Shown here: piece by piece, positions 46,878-57,003 of the stretch | Numbering within the stretch: position 1 is the stretch's first letter | Layout: each line of letters starts with the position of its first letter | Virus record (IMG/VR): IMGVR_UViG_2854558644_000001 | Length of the DNA: 64,000 bases | Origin: a virus | Lineage: Duplodnaviria > Heunggongvirae > Uroviricota > Caudoviricetes | Reading direction: 5' to 3' (one strand) | Program-made: the position numbers and the translations under genes | The notes under the pieces: generated by a model | Told to the model about the DNA's origin: nothing | What the model saw: the letters and a program-made list of their open reading frames with translations, nothing else | Database searches by the model: none

Positions 46878-47090
46878 ATGGATATTTATAATACAAAACG
46901 AAGAAAAATTAAATGTGTTAGAAACGATGATGACGTATGGGGTGGTGGCGGTGAAAATCATCACTTATTGGAAGTTGGTAAAGAATATACATTGGAAGAT
47001 ATTGTAGTTCATTCTTGGCACACAATTGTATATATAAAAGAGTTTCCAGATGTGGAATTCAATAGTGTTGCATTTGAAGAAATTGAATAG
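46878..47090 (+). CDS. hypothetical protein
   Basis: ORF+SD GGAGTGGAAA. Confidence 0.5.
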   Translation: MDIYNTKRRKIKCVRNDDDVWGGGGENHHLLEVGKEYTLEDIVVHSWHTIVYIKEFPDVEFNSVAFEEIE

Positions 47091-47100
47091 GAGGGAAATC

Positions 47101-47457
47101 ATGTATCAGAATTGTTGTAAAAAGTGTGGAAGTGTTGCACTTCATACAGAAGTAAAAGGTAATAATACAGGATTGTATTGTGATGATTGTGGTGCTTGGG
47201 TGAAATGGCTTGGCAAGGATGAACTGAGAGCATTTGAATATTCTCAGAAATCAAAGTTACCAAAGACAAGTTGTAACATTCCAATGCCAAAAGTGGCTGT
47301 TGTTGGTGCTCCTGGTATTATTGCAAAAATCAAATTATGTGGTGGTGCTTTTACAATTAATGTAGACGAAACAATGCAGTGGAAGAAACCAACTGATGAA
47401 CAGATTAAGAATTTGCATGATATGTTATGTATTGATGTGGAAATGTTAGGAGAATAA
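47101..47457 (+). CDS. zinc-ribbon protein
   Basis: CCKKCGS...CDDCGAW; SD GAGGAGGGAAA. Confidence 0.5.
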   Translation: MYQNCCKKCGSVALHTEVKGNNTGLYCDDCGAWVKWLGKDELRAFEYSQKSKLPKTSCNIPMPKVAVVGAPGIIAKIKLCGGAFTINVDETMQWKKPTDEQIKNLHDMLCIDVEMLGE

Positions 47458-47461
47458 CCAT

Positions 47462-47812
47462 ATGGAAGATTCAGTGAGATTTATGCTGTTTTACGCCTCA
47501 ATACTATTATCTTGTAAGGATGAAGAATTAGCTGATTTTATTGATAATACAGCAAGTGTTAATTATGTTGGTGGAATTCCAATTGATTTACATGAATGTT
47601 CTATTGAAGAATTAAGTGGTATTAGAGAAGGATTTGTGAGGCAAGTTCTGAGTCAAGCAAAAGATGAACTGGATAAATTGGCAACAGTGCAGCCATTAAG
47701 ATACAAACCTGTATATGATGGACAAATTGATATGTGGGATGAATTTTATAGGATAAATGGAATGGTAAGGATGAAAGATGCTATTGTTAGATTGGTTAAA
47801 GAAGGAGAATAA
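47462..47812 (+). CDS. hypothetical protein
   Basis: ORF+SD GGAGAATAA. Confidence 0.55.
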   Translation: MEDSVRFMLFYASILLSCKDEELADFIDNTASVNYVGGIPIDLHECSIEELSGIREGFVRQVLSQAKDELDKLATVQPLRYKPVYDGQIDMWDEFYRINGMVRMKDAIVRLVKEGE

Positions 47813-47817
47813 TTATA

Positions 47818-48269
47818 TGAGCAAGAAAGAAGAATGGATGGTTCATATTTGGGGTGGTGCATGGAATCACGATGCCAATCCATCCATCGAGAAAGATTTA
47901 GGTATAAAAGAGGGCTATTACTATTTTAATACTGAAGAAGAAAAGAACAAGTTTATTCAGTTAATCAGACAGGATAAATATGAGAAACAAGGACTGGCAA
48001 CTGATTGTAAACATGGAATTATGACTCATAAGAGGACAATTTTTGTTGCCACTCTTAAATACAGGGACAAAACATTTGTCATTCATTATGACTTAGGATA
48101 TGAATATCCAGAAGATAGCGCAATTTTTTATTTCACAGAAGGTAATTTTGGTTGTGATTGTAATAGAAGCCTTGCTATCAGATGGGAATATGGAGAAGAT
48201 GCTATTCCTGAATTACCTTGTGGAGATGAGATTGAAATGACAGATTATCATGTCGAGTATCAAGATTAG
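47818..48269 (+). CDS. hypothetical Cys/Trp-rich protein
   Basis: ORF+SD GAAGGAGAATAA. Confidence 0.55.
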
Positions 48270-48482
48270 TAAATAATAATAAAAAGCAAGGTCTTAAAAA
48301 TAAGGGCTTTTGAAAATGAATTTTGACTTGAAATTTTGGTTTCATGACTTGTCACGAAAACTATACAATATTCGAGACAAAAGAGAATAAATAATCAGAT
48401 AGTTGCAAATATCTGAAAATATTGAAATAGGAGGAAATGAGGTTTGAAGCTTCGTTAAATGTACATTTACTCCTAAATAAGA

Positions 48483-49370
48483 TTGAAACAAAAATATGAA
48501 TGTATTGTATCACCCATATTTTATATGGGTAATAAGAAAAAACTTATTCAAAGGGGATTAATAGAACTATTCCCAAAGGACATTGATTGCTTTATTGATG
48601 TTTTTGCAGGTAGTTCAGTAGTCTCTATGAATACAAAAGCTAATAAATATTTCATTAATGATAATGATAAAAACTTAAAGCAGTTATATAAGTTATTCAA
48701 AATATATAATTCTGATACAATTATTAATCATATCATTTCCAGAATTGATGAATATGGATTAGCGCAAGAAAGAACAAGTCATAAAGTATTTAATGATGAC
48801 AGAAAAGATAGATATAAAAATTCTTATTATGAATTTAGGAATTATTATAACACTCATAAAAATGCTCTTGATTTCTACACGCTTATGTTTTATTCATTTT
48901 CACAACAGTTTAGGTTCAATGATAAAGGTGAATTTAATATGCCATGTGGTAACGATTGTTTTTCTGATAAAAATCAAAAATATATTCGTAATGGTTGCAC
49001 ATTTTATCATTCTGATAATGTCCATATATTCAGTATGGACTTTCGCTCAATTCCAATAGATTCGATTACAACTAAAGATTTTGTATATTTAGATCCTCCA
49101 TATTTTAATACCACTGCTACATACAACGAGGCAGGTGGTTGGACTGAAAATGACGAAAATGATTTATATGATTTTTGTGAAAGACTTTCTGAGAATAATA
49201 TAAAATGGGGAATGTCTAATGTGTTTGAGAATAAAGGAATTATAAATCAAAAGTTGGTTGATTGGTGTGATAAGAACAATTTAAATGTATATACATTTGA
49301 TAAATTTACATATATGGCTTGTGGTAAAGGTAATTCAAATGCTAAAGAAGTATTTATAACAAACTATTAG
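48483..49370 (+). CDS. Dam-like (D12 class) N6-adenine DNA methyltransferase
   Basis: N-terminal SPIFYMGNKKKLI (FLKWAGGK-like), FAGSSVV motif I, YLDPPYF motif IV; TTG start needed to retain N-terminal motif. Confidence 0.75.
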   Translation: MKQKYECIVSPIFYMGNKKKLIQRGLIELFPKDIDCFIDVFAGSSVVSMNTKANKYFINDNDKNLKQLYKLFKIYNSDTIINHIISRIDEYGLAQERTSHKVFNDDRKDRYKNSYYEFRNYYNTHKNALDFYTLMFYSFSQQFRFNDKGEFNMPCGNDCFSDKNQKYIRNGCTFYHSDNVHIFSMDFRSIPIDSITTKDFVYLDPPYFNTTATYNEAGGWTENDENDLYDFCERLSENNIKWGMSNVFENKGIINQKLVDWCDKNNLNVYTFDKFTYMACGKGNSNAKEVFITNY

Positions 49371-49434
49371 AGAATAAATATAAGGAAAGGATAAGAGTAC
49401 CATGGGTAAGCTGCGCAGCACTTAGGTATAAGTA

Positions 49435-49977
49435 TTGGCATTAAATGTAGGATATTTAACATCAGATAAAGAAGACAATGAGTTATACACACCTTATTAT
49501 GCAGTGGATCACATTGTAAAATATCTCCCAAAAGATAAGACTATATGGCTTCCATTCGATGAGGAGTGGTCGTCTTTTAACAAAAGATTGACAGAATTAG
49601 GTTACAAAGTAGTCAGAAGTTCATTAGCTGAAGGTCAGGATTTCTTCAATTACGAACCTGAAAAATGGGATATTATAGTTAGTAATCCACCTTTCTCAAT
49701 CAAAGATAAAGTCCTAGAAAGACTCTATTCATTCAATAAACCATTTGCGGTTCTTCTACCGCTTAATTCCCTACAAGGTAAAACAAGATATAAATATTTC
49801 AAAGATGGTATTCAGATTCTTAGTTTTGATGCAAGAATTTGTTATCACGATAAAGATCATATGGATTCAGTTGTTAAAGGTAGTCCATTTGCAACGGCAT
49901 ATTTCTGTAGAGATTTATTACCAAAGGATCTAATTGTTGAAAAATTGATTACATATGAAAGACCATTAGGAGAATAA
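49435..49977 (+). CDS. small gamma-like N6-adenine methyltransferase domain protein (TTG start)
   Basis: IIVSNPPFS (NPPF motif IV); no in-frame ATG near start. Confidence 0.5.
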   Translation: MALNVGYLTSDKEDNELYTPYYAVDHIVKYLPKDKTIWLPFDEEWSSFNKRLTELGYKVVRSSLAEGQDFFNYEPEKWDIIVSNPPFSIKDKVLERLYSFNKPFAVLLPLNSLQGKTRYKYFKDGIQILSFDARICYHDKDHMDSVVKGSPFATAYFCRDLLPKDLIVEKLITYERPLGE

Positions 49978-49981
49978 AAGT

Positions 49982-50170
49982 ATGGGAGCGACAAAAATAT
50001 CAAAAGGTATCTACAAGTATAAAGGGTACAGAATTAGTAATTATGGTTATTATGAACCCGATCATTGTGTATGGTGGGAAGCTGTTGATATGCAGACAGG
50101 ATGCGCTGATTATCATGCAACTACAAAGAAGTTTCTAATGGAACAAATTGATGATGATTTAAAAAAATAA
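49982..50170 (+). CDS. hypothetical protein
   Basis: ORF+SD GGAGAATAA. Confidence 0.5.
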   Translation: MGATKISKGIYKYKGYRISNYGYYEPDHCVWWEAVDMQTGCADYHATTKKFLMEQIDDDLKK

Positions 50171-50209
50171 AACTAAGTAAAACCACGTTTCTTTCGAGGA
50201 GGTGATTGA

Positions 50210-50371
50210 TTGGATACATCATGTGAAACTTGTAAATGTAATACCTGTAAGATGAATGAAAATGGTGGTATTTATGGTGGATGTTTTGATTGTGAAGATT
50301 GCAAAGAACAAAATCTTTATTGTGAAGATTGTTCAATGTATGAATATGACAAATACAGACTGAGTAATTAG
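50210..50371 (+). CDS. small 4xCxxC zinc-binding protein (TTG start, 53 aa)
   Basis: SD GAGGAGG 7 nt upstream of TTG; CETCKCNTC...CFDCEDC...CEDC. Confidence 0.4.
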   Translation: MDTSCETCKCNTCKMNENGGIYGGCFDCEDCKEQNLYCEDCSMYEYDKYRLSN

Positions 50372-50383
50372 GAGAATAACAAT

Positions 50384-50662
50384 ATGAATAAAAGACAGAA
50401 AAAGAAGTTATTTAAACAGACACTTATTAAGGTTAGAAAACTGCATCCACAGAAGGGTGATGTGATTTGTTTTCAGCCAAATTTAAATTGGATTGATGTC
50501 GAGACTATGTGCCAGTTTATGAATTTATACGCTGACAATAAAGTTTTTGGTGAAACAATATTGGCTTTTGTACCTGCTGATATTAAGCAGCTTAGACATA
50601 AAAAGGATGCTCAGATATATGTTGATAAGTTACAAAGCATTGTAGATCAGATGGGAGAATAA
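50384..50662 (+). CDS. hypothetical protein
   Basis: ORF+SD AGGAGAATAA. Confidence 0.55.
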   Translation: MNKRQKKKLFKQTLIKVRKLHPQKGDVICFQPNLNWIDVETMCQFMNLYADNKVFGETILAFVPADIKQLRHKKDAQIYVDKLQSIVDQMGE

Positions 50663-51013
50663 ATGTTTAGTCAAGTTGAGTCAAAAAGCATAGATATTGG
50701 TGAAAAGAAATATTATCTTGTAACTCCTGAAGGTCTAATATTCCATGAAATTCCATTTGAAGAAATACACAACCTAACAAGAGAAGTATGGGTATCAAGC
50801 TGTCCTTGTTGTGGTGGAATTCAAGGATATTATTATTCAAAAAATGAAGCCAAACAAATTAGCAAATTTTGTGTTCAATGTAGTTGTATTCATTTGTTTC
50901 CAGTAAAGAGATACAAAGGGTATTATAAACAGAATGTGAATTTCAGACTTTTGACAAAAGGTTATAAGGAATATAGAGGAATTAAGTATCCTTATATGGA
51001 TATTCACGGTTAG
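50663..51013 (+). CDS. zinc-ribbon protein
   Basis: CPCCGG...CVQCSC; SD GGGAGAATAA. Confidence 0.5.
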   Translation: MFSQVESKSIDIGEKKYYLVTPEGLIFHEIPFEEIHNLTREVWVSSCPCCGGIQGYYYSKNEAKQISKFCVQCSCIHLFPVKRYKGYYKQNVNFRLLTKGYKEYRGIKYPYMDIHG

Positions 51014-51096
51014 CAGGAATGAAGCATTTCCTTCGGAGTTTTGTAAAAATAAGAGAGAATACATAGGTGACATTAAATTATAAGGAGATATGTTTT

Positions 51097-51720
51097 ATGC
51101 GAAGAAAAGATAAAAAATTTAAAATCCAATACAAAGTCGATGATAAGGTATTGTCTTTGAGGTTCGAGACAATACGGGATTTTTTAGAAACCGATTTTCC
51201 TAAGAATAATAATTCAATGTCACCTACAAACGATACGGAATTATTATCCGTAACTTGGCACAAGCAACCGCTATTTGAAAAATGTTTTAAATTAGGTGAA
51301 GTAAAAACGCTTTTAAAAGATTTTAATCCTACAAAATTACTTAGGAAAGAAATCTATTCAATAGAAGAAGCCAGAGATAAGGTTAAAGATGTTTTATTTG
51401 AGAAAGATAAAAAACTTGTAAAAGTTGATTTTGATGGAGATTTGATTAAGGGCAATAGCCAAAGATATCAAACATTTTTTACTAAAGGTTGTAAATGTGT
51501 AGTTTGTGGAATTGAAGGAAAATATTTTGCAAAAGAAAGACATTTACAGGATAAAAGTTATCATCTGAATTTGTATGCAGTTGATAATAATGGTGATGAA
51601 ATTTTAATGACAAAAGATCATATTATGCCACGCTCAAAAGGTGGTATTGATGATATTAGTAACTATCAAACGATGTGTAAGCTTTGTAATGAGGCAAAAG
51701 GCAACAAATTAGAAGATTAA
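51097..51720 (+). CDS. HNH endonuclease
   Basis: C-terminal CKCVVCG...DHIMPRSKGG...CKLCNEAKGNK HNH His-Me finger. Confidence 0.7.
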   Translation: MRRKDKKFKIQYKVDDKVLSLRFETIRDFLETDFPKNNNSMSPTNDTELLSVTWHKQPLFEKCFKLGEVKTLLKDFNPTKLLRKEIYSIEEARDKVKDVLFEKDKKLVKVDFDGDLIKGNSQRYQTFFTKGCKCVVCGIEGKYFAKERHLQDKSYHLNLYAVDNNGDEILMTKDHIMPRSKGGIDDISNYQTMCKLCNEAKGNKLED

Positions 51721-51789
51721 AGAAGAAAGGAAAAATAGAAAGTTCCTATAGGATAAAGTGCGCACTACTTACTAAGGTAAGAGGAACTT

Positions 51790-53109
51790 ATGTATTGTGC
51801 TTATATCACAACATTAAAAGGATTAAGAAAACATAGTAACGCTGATAGATTACAGTGTGTAGAAGTATTTGGACAGAATGTAATTGTAGATTTGAGTTAT
51901 CAGGAAGGACAGAAAGTAGTCTTCTTCCCATCTGATGGTCAGTTGTCACTTGAATACGCAACAGATAATAACCTTGTTAGGAAGAAAGACGAGAATGGAA
52001 ACAATATTGGTGGCTACATGGATGCTGAAAAAAGAAACGTAACTGCCATTAGACTTAGAGGCGAGAAGTCAGAAGGTCTTGTGTTGCCAATTGAGACACT
52101 TGCTAAGTATACAGATATTTCAAAATTAAAAGATGGCGATCAGATTACAGTTCTTGGTGGTCATGAAATTTGTCAGAAATATATCCCAAGAGGAAAGAGT
52201 CGTTCAAAAAACAATGGAAACAATTCAAATAAGAAGAACAAGTTTCAGAAAGAGACAATATCATATCCATTTTTTGAAGAACATAAGGATACTGCACAGC
52301 TTGCATATAATATGTCAGCATTTAAGCCAGGAGATACGATTTATATTACTCGTAAGCTCCACGGAACATCAGCTCGTACTATGAAGACTGTCAAGGTTAC
52401 AAAGAAGAATAGTAAGCTGAGAAAGTTTTTACATATAAAGCCAAAGGTTATAAGAGAAGTTTCTGTTGTATCTGGTAGCAGAAGAGTTGTGTTAAAGGAT
52501 ATGACAAAGAATGATGGATATTATGCTGATAATGGATTTAGAAAGAAGTACCACGATTTATTAAAAGATAAGCTTCCTGAAGGGGCTGAAATTTTCTATG
52601 AAATTGTTGGTTATGTAAATGAAACAACACCTATTATGGGTTCTGTGTCTAATAAAGGTGTTAAAGAAAAGAAATTTACAAAGAAGTTTGGCGACACTAC
52701 AACATTCTCATATGGTTGTGAACCAGGTGAAAATGAGATGTATGTATATCGAATGACAATGACAACAGCAGATGGAACAGTTGTTGAAGTACCTTGGGAG
52801 ACTGTAGAAGTATGGTGTGACAAGTTAGGTGTTAAGCATGTACCTGATTTAGAGAAGTTTATCTATACTACACCAGAAGATTTGAAAGAAAGAGTAAATA
52901 AATATCTTGATGGTATGCCAGCAGATGAAATCGGCAAGACACATGTTGCCGAAGGTATAGTTGTTCGTATTGATAACAGAGCAACATTCACGGCTTATAA
53001 GGATAAGGTGTTTGAATTTAAGGTAATTGAGGGAATCGCCAAAGATACATCTGATGTACCTGATATGGAAGAAGCTGAAGAATTATTTGAGGAGACATTA
53101 AATGAATAA
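51790..53109 (+). CDS. ATP-dependent RNA ligase (Rnl family, KxHG motif I)
   Basis: YITRKLHGTSAR nucleotidyltransferase motif I like T4 Rnl2 KIHGTN; adjacent to polynucleotide kinase. Confidence 0.55.
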   Translation: MYCAYITTLKGLRKHSNADRLQCVEVFGQNVIVDLSYQEGQKVVFFPSDGQLSLEYATDNNLVRKKDENGNNIGGYMDAEKRNVTAIRLRGEKSEGLVLPIETLAKYTDISKLKDGDQITVLGGHEICQKYIPRGKSRSKNNGNNSNKKNKFQKETISYPFFEEHKDTAQLAYNMSAFKPGDTIYITRKLHGTSARTMKTVKVTKKNSKLRKFLHIKPKVIREVSVVSGSRRVVLKDMTKNDGYYADNGFRKKYHDLLKDKLPEGAEIFYEIVGYVNETTPIMGSVSNKGVKEKKFTKKFGDTTTFSYGCEPGENEMYVYRMTMTTADGTVVEVPWETVEVWCDKLGVKHVPDLEKFIYTTPEDLKERVNKYLDGMPADEIGKTHVAEGIVVRIDNRATFTAYKDKVFEFKVIEGIAKDTSDVPDMEEAEELFEETLNE

Positions 53110-53992
53110 ACCTACATTATGGGTTATGTGTGGTTTGAGTGGTAGTGGCAAATCAACCATTGCCACTCAGATTGCTAATGAAAATCCAAATACAATAATC
53201 GTATCATCAGATGCAATTCGTGAAGAATTAACTGGTAATTACGAAGACCAAGAACATAATGAAGAAGTGTTTAAAATTTTTCACAATAGAATCCGTAAGA
53301 ATTTGGAGAATAAAAAGAATGTAATTGCAGATGCAACTAATCTGACTATGAAATCTCGTAGAGCAATTATGATGAAAGTAAATGGTTTAAATGTTAGAAA
53401 AGTGTGTGTGATTATTCCAAAGCCATTTGAACAGTGTAAGATTGATAATAAAAATCGTGAGCATCCTGTTCCTAATGAAGTATTGGATAAACAGATTAGA
53501 AGATTTCAGATCCCATTTTACGAAGAAAAATTTGATGAGATTCAGATAAATGTATTTCATAAAGAGAATCGTTTAACTCTTGGAGAAATGTTTTCTATGA
53601 TGGAAGGGTTTGATCAGAAAAACCCTCATCATACTATGGATTTATATAATCACTCATTTCATACATATGAGTTATTTAGTAGTAAATGCTATCCAGCAAA
53701 ATATAATATAGCTGCATTATTACACGATTTTGGAAAAATGTATTGTCAAACATTTGATGAGAATGGCATAGCTCATTACTATGAACATCATGCAATCGGT
53801 TCTTATTTAATTTTAGAGAACCTATCAGGTATATTTTACGAAAATATTGGTGACATATGTTTTCTTATCAACTATCATATGATGCCTTTTAGTTGGGATA
53901 CTGATAAAGCAAAGCAGCGTTGGAAAGAAAGATTTGGAGAATATAAATATAAGATGCTTTTAGATTTTAACGAATGTGATAGAGCGAGGTAA
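53102..53992 (+). CDS. polynucleotide kinase (P-loop) fused to HD-domain phosphohydrolase
   Basis: Walker A GLSGSGKST; HD motifs HHTMDLYNH...LLHDFGK. Confidence 0.65.
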   Translation: MNKPTLWVMCGLSGSGKSTIATQIANENPNTIIVSSDAIREELTGNYEDQEHNEEVFKIFHNRIRKNLENKKNVIADATNLTMKSRRAIMMKVNGLNVRKVCVIIPKPFEQCKIDNKNREHPVPNEVLDKQIRRFQIPFYEEKFDEIQINVFHKENRLTLGEMFSMMEGFDQKNPHHTMDLYNHSFHTYELFSSKCYPAKYNIAALLHDFGKMYCQTFDENGIAHYYEHHAIGSYLILENLSGIFYENIGDICFLINYHMMPFSWDTDKAKQRWKERFGEYKYKMLLDFNECDRAR

Positions 53993-53996
53993 GTGT

Positions 53997-54173
53997 ATGT
54001 GTAATCGTTGTGATTATGACTCACCAGACAATCAGATATATGTAGATCCATTAACAAATGAATATTATTTGAATATTGAAACATCTGAATGGGATGAGTA
54101 TGATGACGGATTTGTTCATCAGAAAGAGTATATTGCGTATTGTCCTTGGTGTGGTAGGAAGTTAGGAGGATAA
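53997..54173 (+). CDS. zinc-ribbon small protein
   Basis: CNRCDY...CPWCGRK; SD GAGGTAAGTG. Confidence 0.5.
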   Translation: MCNRCDYDSPDNQIYVDPLTNEYYLNIETSEWDEYDDGFVHQKEYIAYCPWCGRKLGG

Positions 54174-54177
54174 AGAT

Positions 54178-54642
54178 ATGAAGATAGAATTAATTAGATT
54201 AAAATTTAATAATACTCATTCGTACAAGTACAAGTTATTTACACATTGCTGCAATAAAATTCAGAATGATAAAGCTATTATATTTACAGGTGAAGATTTA
54301 ATTCATAGCGATGATTGTTTGGATGACGAAAGATATGTTCCACAGTTTTGTACTTCGCATACAGAAGTTATTACTTCATATGAAGACGAGTGGGAGCAGA
54401 CAAACAATTATCCAATCCAGTTTTGTCCTCATTGTGGAAAAAAGATTGATATTGCAGTTGTAGATGAGATTGATGTATCTGATAAGTACAAAGAATTATC
54501 TAAGCAACGTGATGAATTATGGAGGAAATGTCAGAGAACAGATAGCAAGAAGAAAGAATCTGAATTAAGAGAGCAAGTTAGAAAGCTGGATGACCAGATA
54601 AACGATTTCTATGAATTGTGTGAGTGGAAAGGAGAATATTAA
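54178..54642 (+). CDS. hypothetical protein with CPHCGKK zinc ribbon
   Basis: ORF+SD TAGGAGGATAA. Confidence 0.55.
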   Translation: MKIELIRLKFNNTHSYKYKLFTHCCNKIQNDKAIIFTGEDLIHSDDCLDDERYVPQFCTSHTEVITSYEDEWEQTNNYPIQFCPHCGKKIDIAVVDEIDVSDKYKELSKQRDELWRKCQRTDSKKKESELREQVRKLDDQINDFYELCEWKGEY

Positions 54643-54979
54643 AATAGCAAATAGATTATTATTTGAGAGTGAAGTGATTAAAACAGTAGATAAACATACA
54701 AACGATGAGAATCAGTTAGATAATGACATTAGCTGTATTCTTGAAGAAGCAAAGACAGCCACAGTAGAACTTCCACCTATTTTATTAGAGAACAAAGTAG
54801 AGAATAAACCAGTAAAAAAACAGAAACGAGTTCAGTTATTCGAAAATGAAGATGTTGTATTAGAGCAACGTGGCAACAGATATTATTTGTCTTTGTATGA
54901 TAAGGAAGGAAAATTTCAAAGAGAAGTTACTATTGATGTTAAGGATGATTACAAGGTTGGACTTGGGAATTGCAAGTAA
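54611..54979 (+). CDS. hypothetical protein (start uncertain)
   Basis: ORF; ATG 54611 overlaps upstream gene by 32 nt, no clear SD. Confidence 0.4.
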   Translation: MNCVSGKENIKIANRLLFESEVIKTVDKHTNDENQLDNDISCILEEAKTATVELPPILLENKVENKPVKKQKRVQLFENEDVVLEQRGNRYYLSLYDKEGKFQREVTIDVKDDYKVGLGNCK

Positions 54980-55035
54980 ATTCAGGTTTCATTTGACTGA
55001 AAGAGAGAATATTAAAGTGAGGAGGTATTTAAAAA

Positions 55036-55685
55036 TGTCTAGTTGGACTTATATCAATGGCACAGTAACAGTTCGCCCTATGGGGAGAACACAGCCTGAG
55101 AAGAGATATATTCTTGAAACAGTGCTAAATCATCTGCCAAGAGCAACAGGTTCTGAAGGTGATATGGATGTATATATCATCCAGAAAAATGGTCACAACG
55201 GTTCATGCTCATGCGATGAATTTGGTGAAGTGACAAACAATTTGGTAGATAGATATGGGAATAAGAGTCGCAATAGAGGATGGTTACAGACACAAGATGA
55301 ATATATCATTGTTGTAAATGCAGCTTTAAGAGACAGAGAATTTGAAGAAACCTACAGAGAATTTATGAAATGGTTTGTAAGGCTCTGCAAGAGAGTAGGT
55401 TGTGAAGATATCCTTGTAGAAATAAAAGGATATGACAAATCAACTATTATTAAAGACAGGAATATTCAGAGAAAAAAGTATTCTTGGAAGAGTGTGTTTG
55501 ATGACTTATTTGAAGATCCAAGCTGGTGTAATAACAATAAAAACGGATATAAAGAACCGAATTGGTGTGAATTTATGATGTGGGATAGAGCAAAAGATTC
55601 AAATTATCCTATGACTCTTGCTTATAAATATTTCAACGGTGAAGAAAACGACAAGGAAGTTGAGAGAAGAATGAATTATAGATAG
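55036..55685 (+). CDS. hypothetical protein
   Basis: ORF+SD GTGAGGAGG. Confidence 0.55.
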
Positions 55686-55729
55686 CTTCATTAAGAAAGT
55701 AGCATATCCTTGGAGTGTAGAGGTGATAT

Positions 55730-56020
55730 ATGAAACGAGAAAATTTAGAAAAAGCAACAAAAATTAATCAAGAAATCAAGAGACTTGAACAGGAAATTGA
55801 TTTTCTTGACGATGCAAATATGAGAAGAACACATTCAATAGTTAAGGCGTTGATGCCAAAGAAGTATACATATAAAGGTTATTTTTGTTCAGAAAGAGAC
55901 ATTGACTGTGTTGACTCATGTATATATTTAGATCATAAAGAATGTGTATCTCTTGCAGATTTTAAACGAAATGAAATTGAAGAATTGCAGAAGCAATATG
56001 AATTATTGGATTCTGAATAA
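55730..56020 (+). CDS. hypothetical protein
   Basis: ORF+SD AGAGGTGATATA. Confidence 0.5.
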   Translation: MKRENLEKATKINQEIKRLEQEIDFLDDANMRRTHSIVKALMPKKYTYKGYFCSERDIDCVDSCIYLDHKECVSLADFKRNEIEELQKQYELLDSE

Positions 56021-56052
56021 AAGAGAATAATACATTGGAGGTGAAAATATAA

Positions 56053-56313
56053 ATGAAGATTCTTTCAGTAATGAACAATCATATTGAAGAAGCGGAAAAG
56101 AAAGATTACGGATATGGATGTACTTGTGATAATTGTGGAACAACTTTTATTTTTGAGAGTTCAGAAGCCGCATATCCAAGGCACATTAATCCTAAACCGA
56201 ATGAATGTTATGTGTCTTGCCCAAATTGCAAACATATTATTACTTTAGCAAAATGTACTAAATTTAAAACATTATATGAGTTGAATGATTTTAAAAGAAT
56301 TTATGACGAATAA
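56053..56313 (+). CDS. zinc-ribbon protein
   Basis: CTCDNCG...CPNCKH; SD GGAGGTGAAAA. Confidence 0.5.
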   Translation: MKILSVMNNHIEEAEKKDYGYGCTCDNCGTTFIFESSEAAYPRHINPKPNECYVSCPNCKHIITLAKCTKFKTLYELNDFKRIYDE

Positions 56314-56448
56314 GTTAATTCGCAGTAAACCAATCTTTCTTTGGAAAATTTTTAATCGTATCTAAGCCATTCGGCTATGGGAATCCCAACAAATAAGAGA
56401 ATATTACAGTGTAACTAATAAAAATATTACATATAAAGGAGATTTTAA

Positions 56449-57000
56449 ATGAAGAACACAAATTGGAAAGTGCCAGTAATTATTGGCGTAGGAGTATTAG
56501 CGGTTATTTTGATGATTGTATTTGGTGTACAGAGTTCGCAGAATAAAGCTATTGCACTTGAGGAGCAGGTAAATACAGCATCATCAGATATTAAAGTACA
56601 GGAAAAGCGAAGAGTTGACCTTGTGTATAACCTTGCTGATTGCGTAAAACAGTATGACAAACATGAAGCTGATACATTGACAGCAGTTGCGGATGGTCGT
56701 GGATCAACAGGAGATATTGAGAATGTAACAACAGCTATTACGGCAGTTGCAGAAGCATATCCTGAGCTGAAGTCCAATGAGAATTATAAGACTCTTATGA
56801 ATGAATTATCTATGACAGAGAATATGATTGCAGAGTATCGCAGCAATTACAATAAACAGATTAAGGAATACAAACGATATGTGAGAAAGTTCCCTACAAG
56901 ACAGTTTCTTGGATTGCTTGGATACGAAGTGCAGGAATATGAGTATCTGGATTACAATGCGCCAGTTGATGCTCCACAGGATTTGTTTAAAGAGGATTAG
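56449..57000 (+). CDS. lemA: LemA-family membrane protein
   Basis: N-terminal TM then RRVDLVYNLADCVKQYDKHE...EAYPELKSNENYKTLMNELSMTENMIAEYRSNYN...FPTRQF, matches LemA family along its length. Confidence 0.75.
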   Translation: MKNTNWKVPVIIGVGVLAVILMIVFGVQSSQNKAIALEEQVNTASSDIKVQEKRRVDLVYNLADCVKQYDKHEADTLTAVADGRGSTGDIENVTTAITAVAEAYPELKSNENYKTLMNELSMTENMIAEYRSNYNKQIKEYKRYVRKFPTRQFLGLLGYEVQEYEYLDYNAPVDAPQDLFKED

Positions 57001-57003
57001 TAT

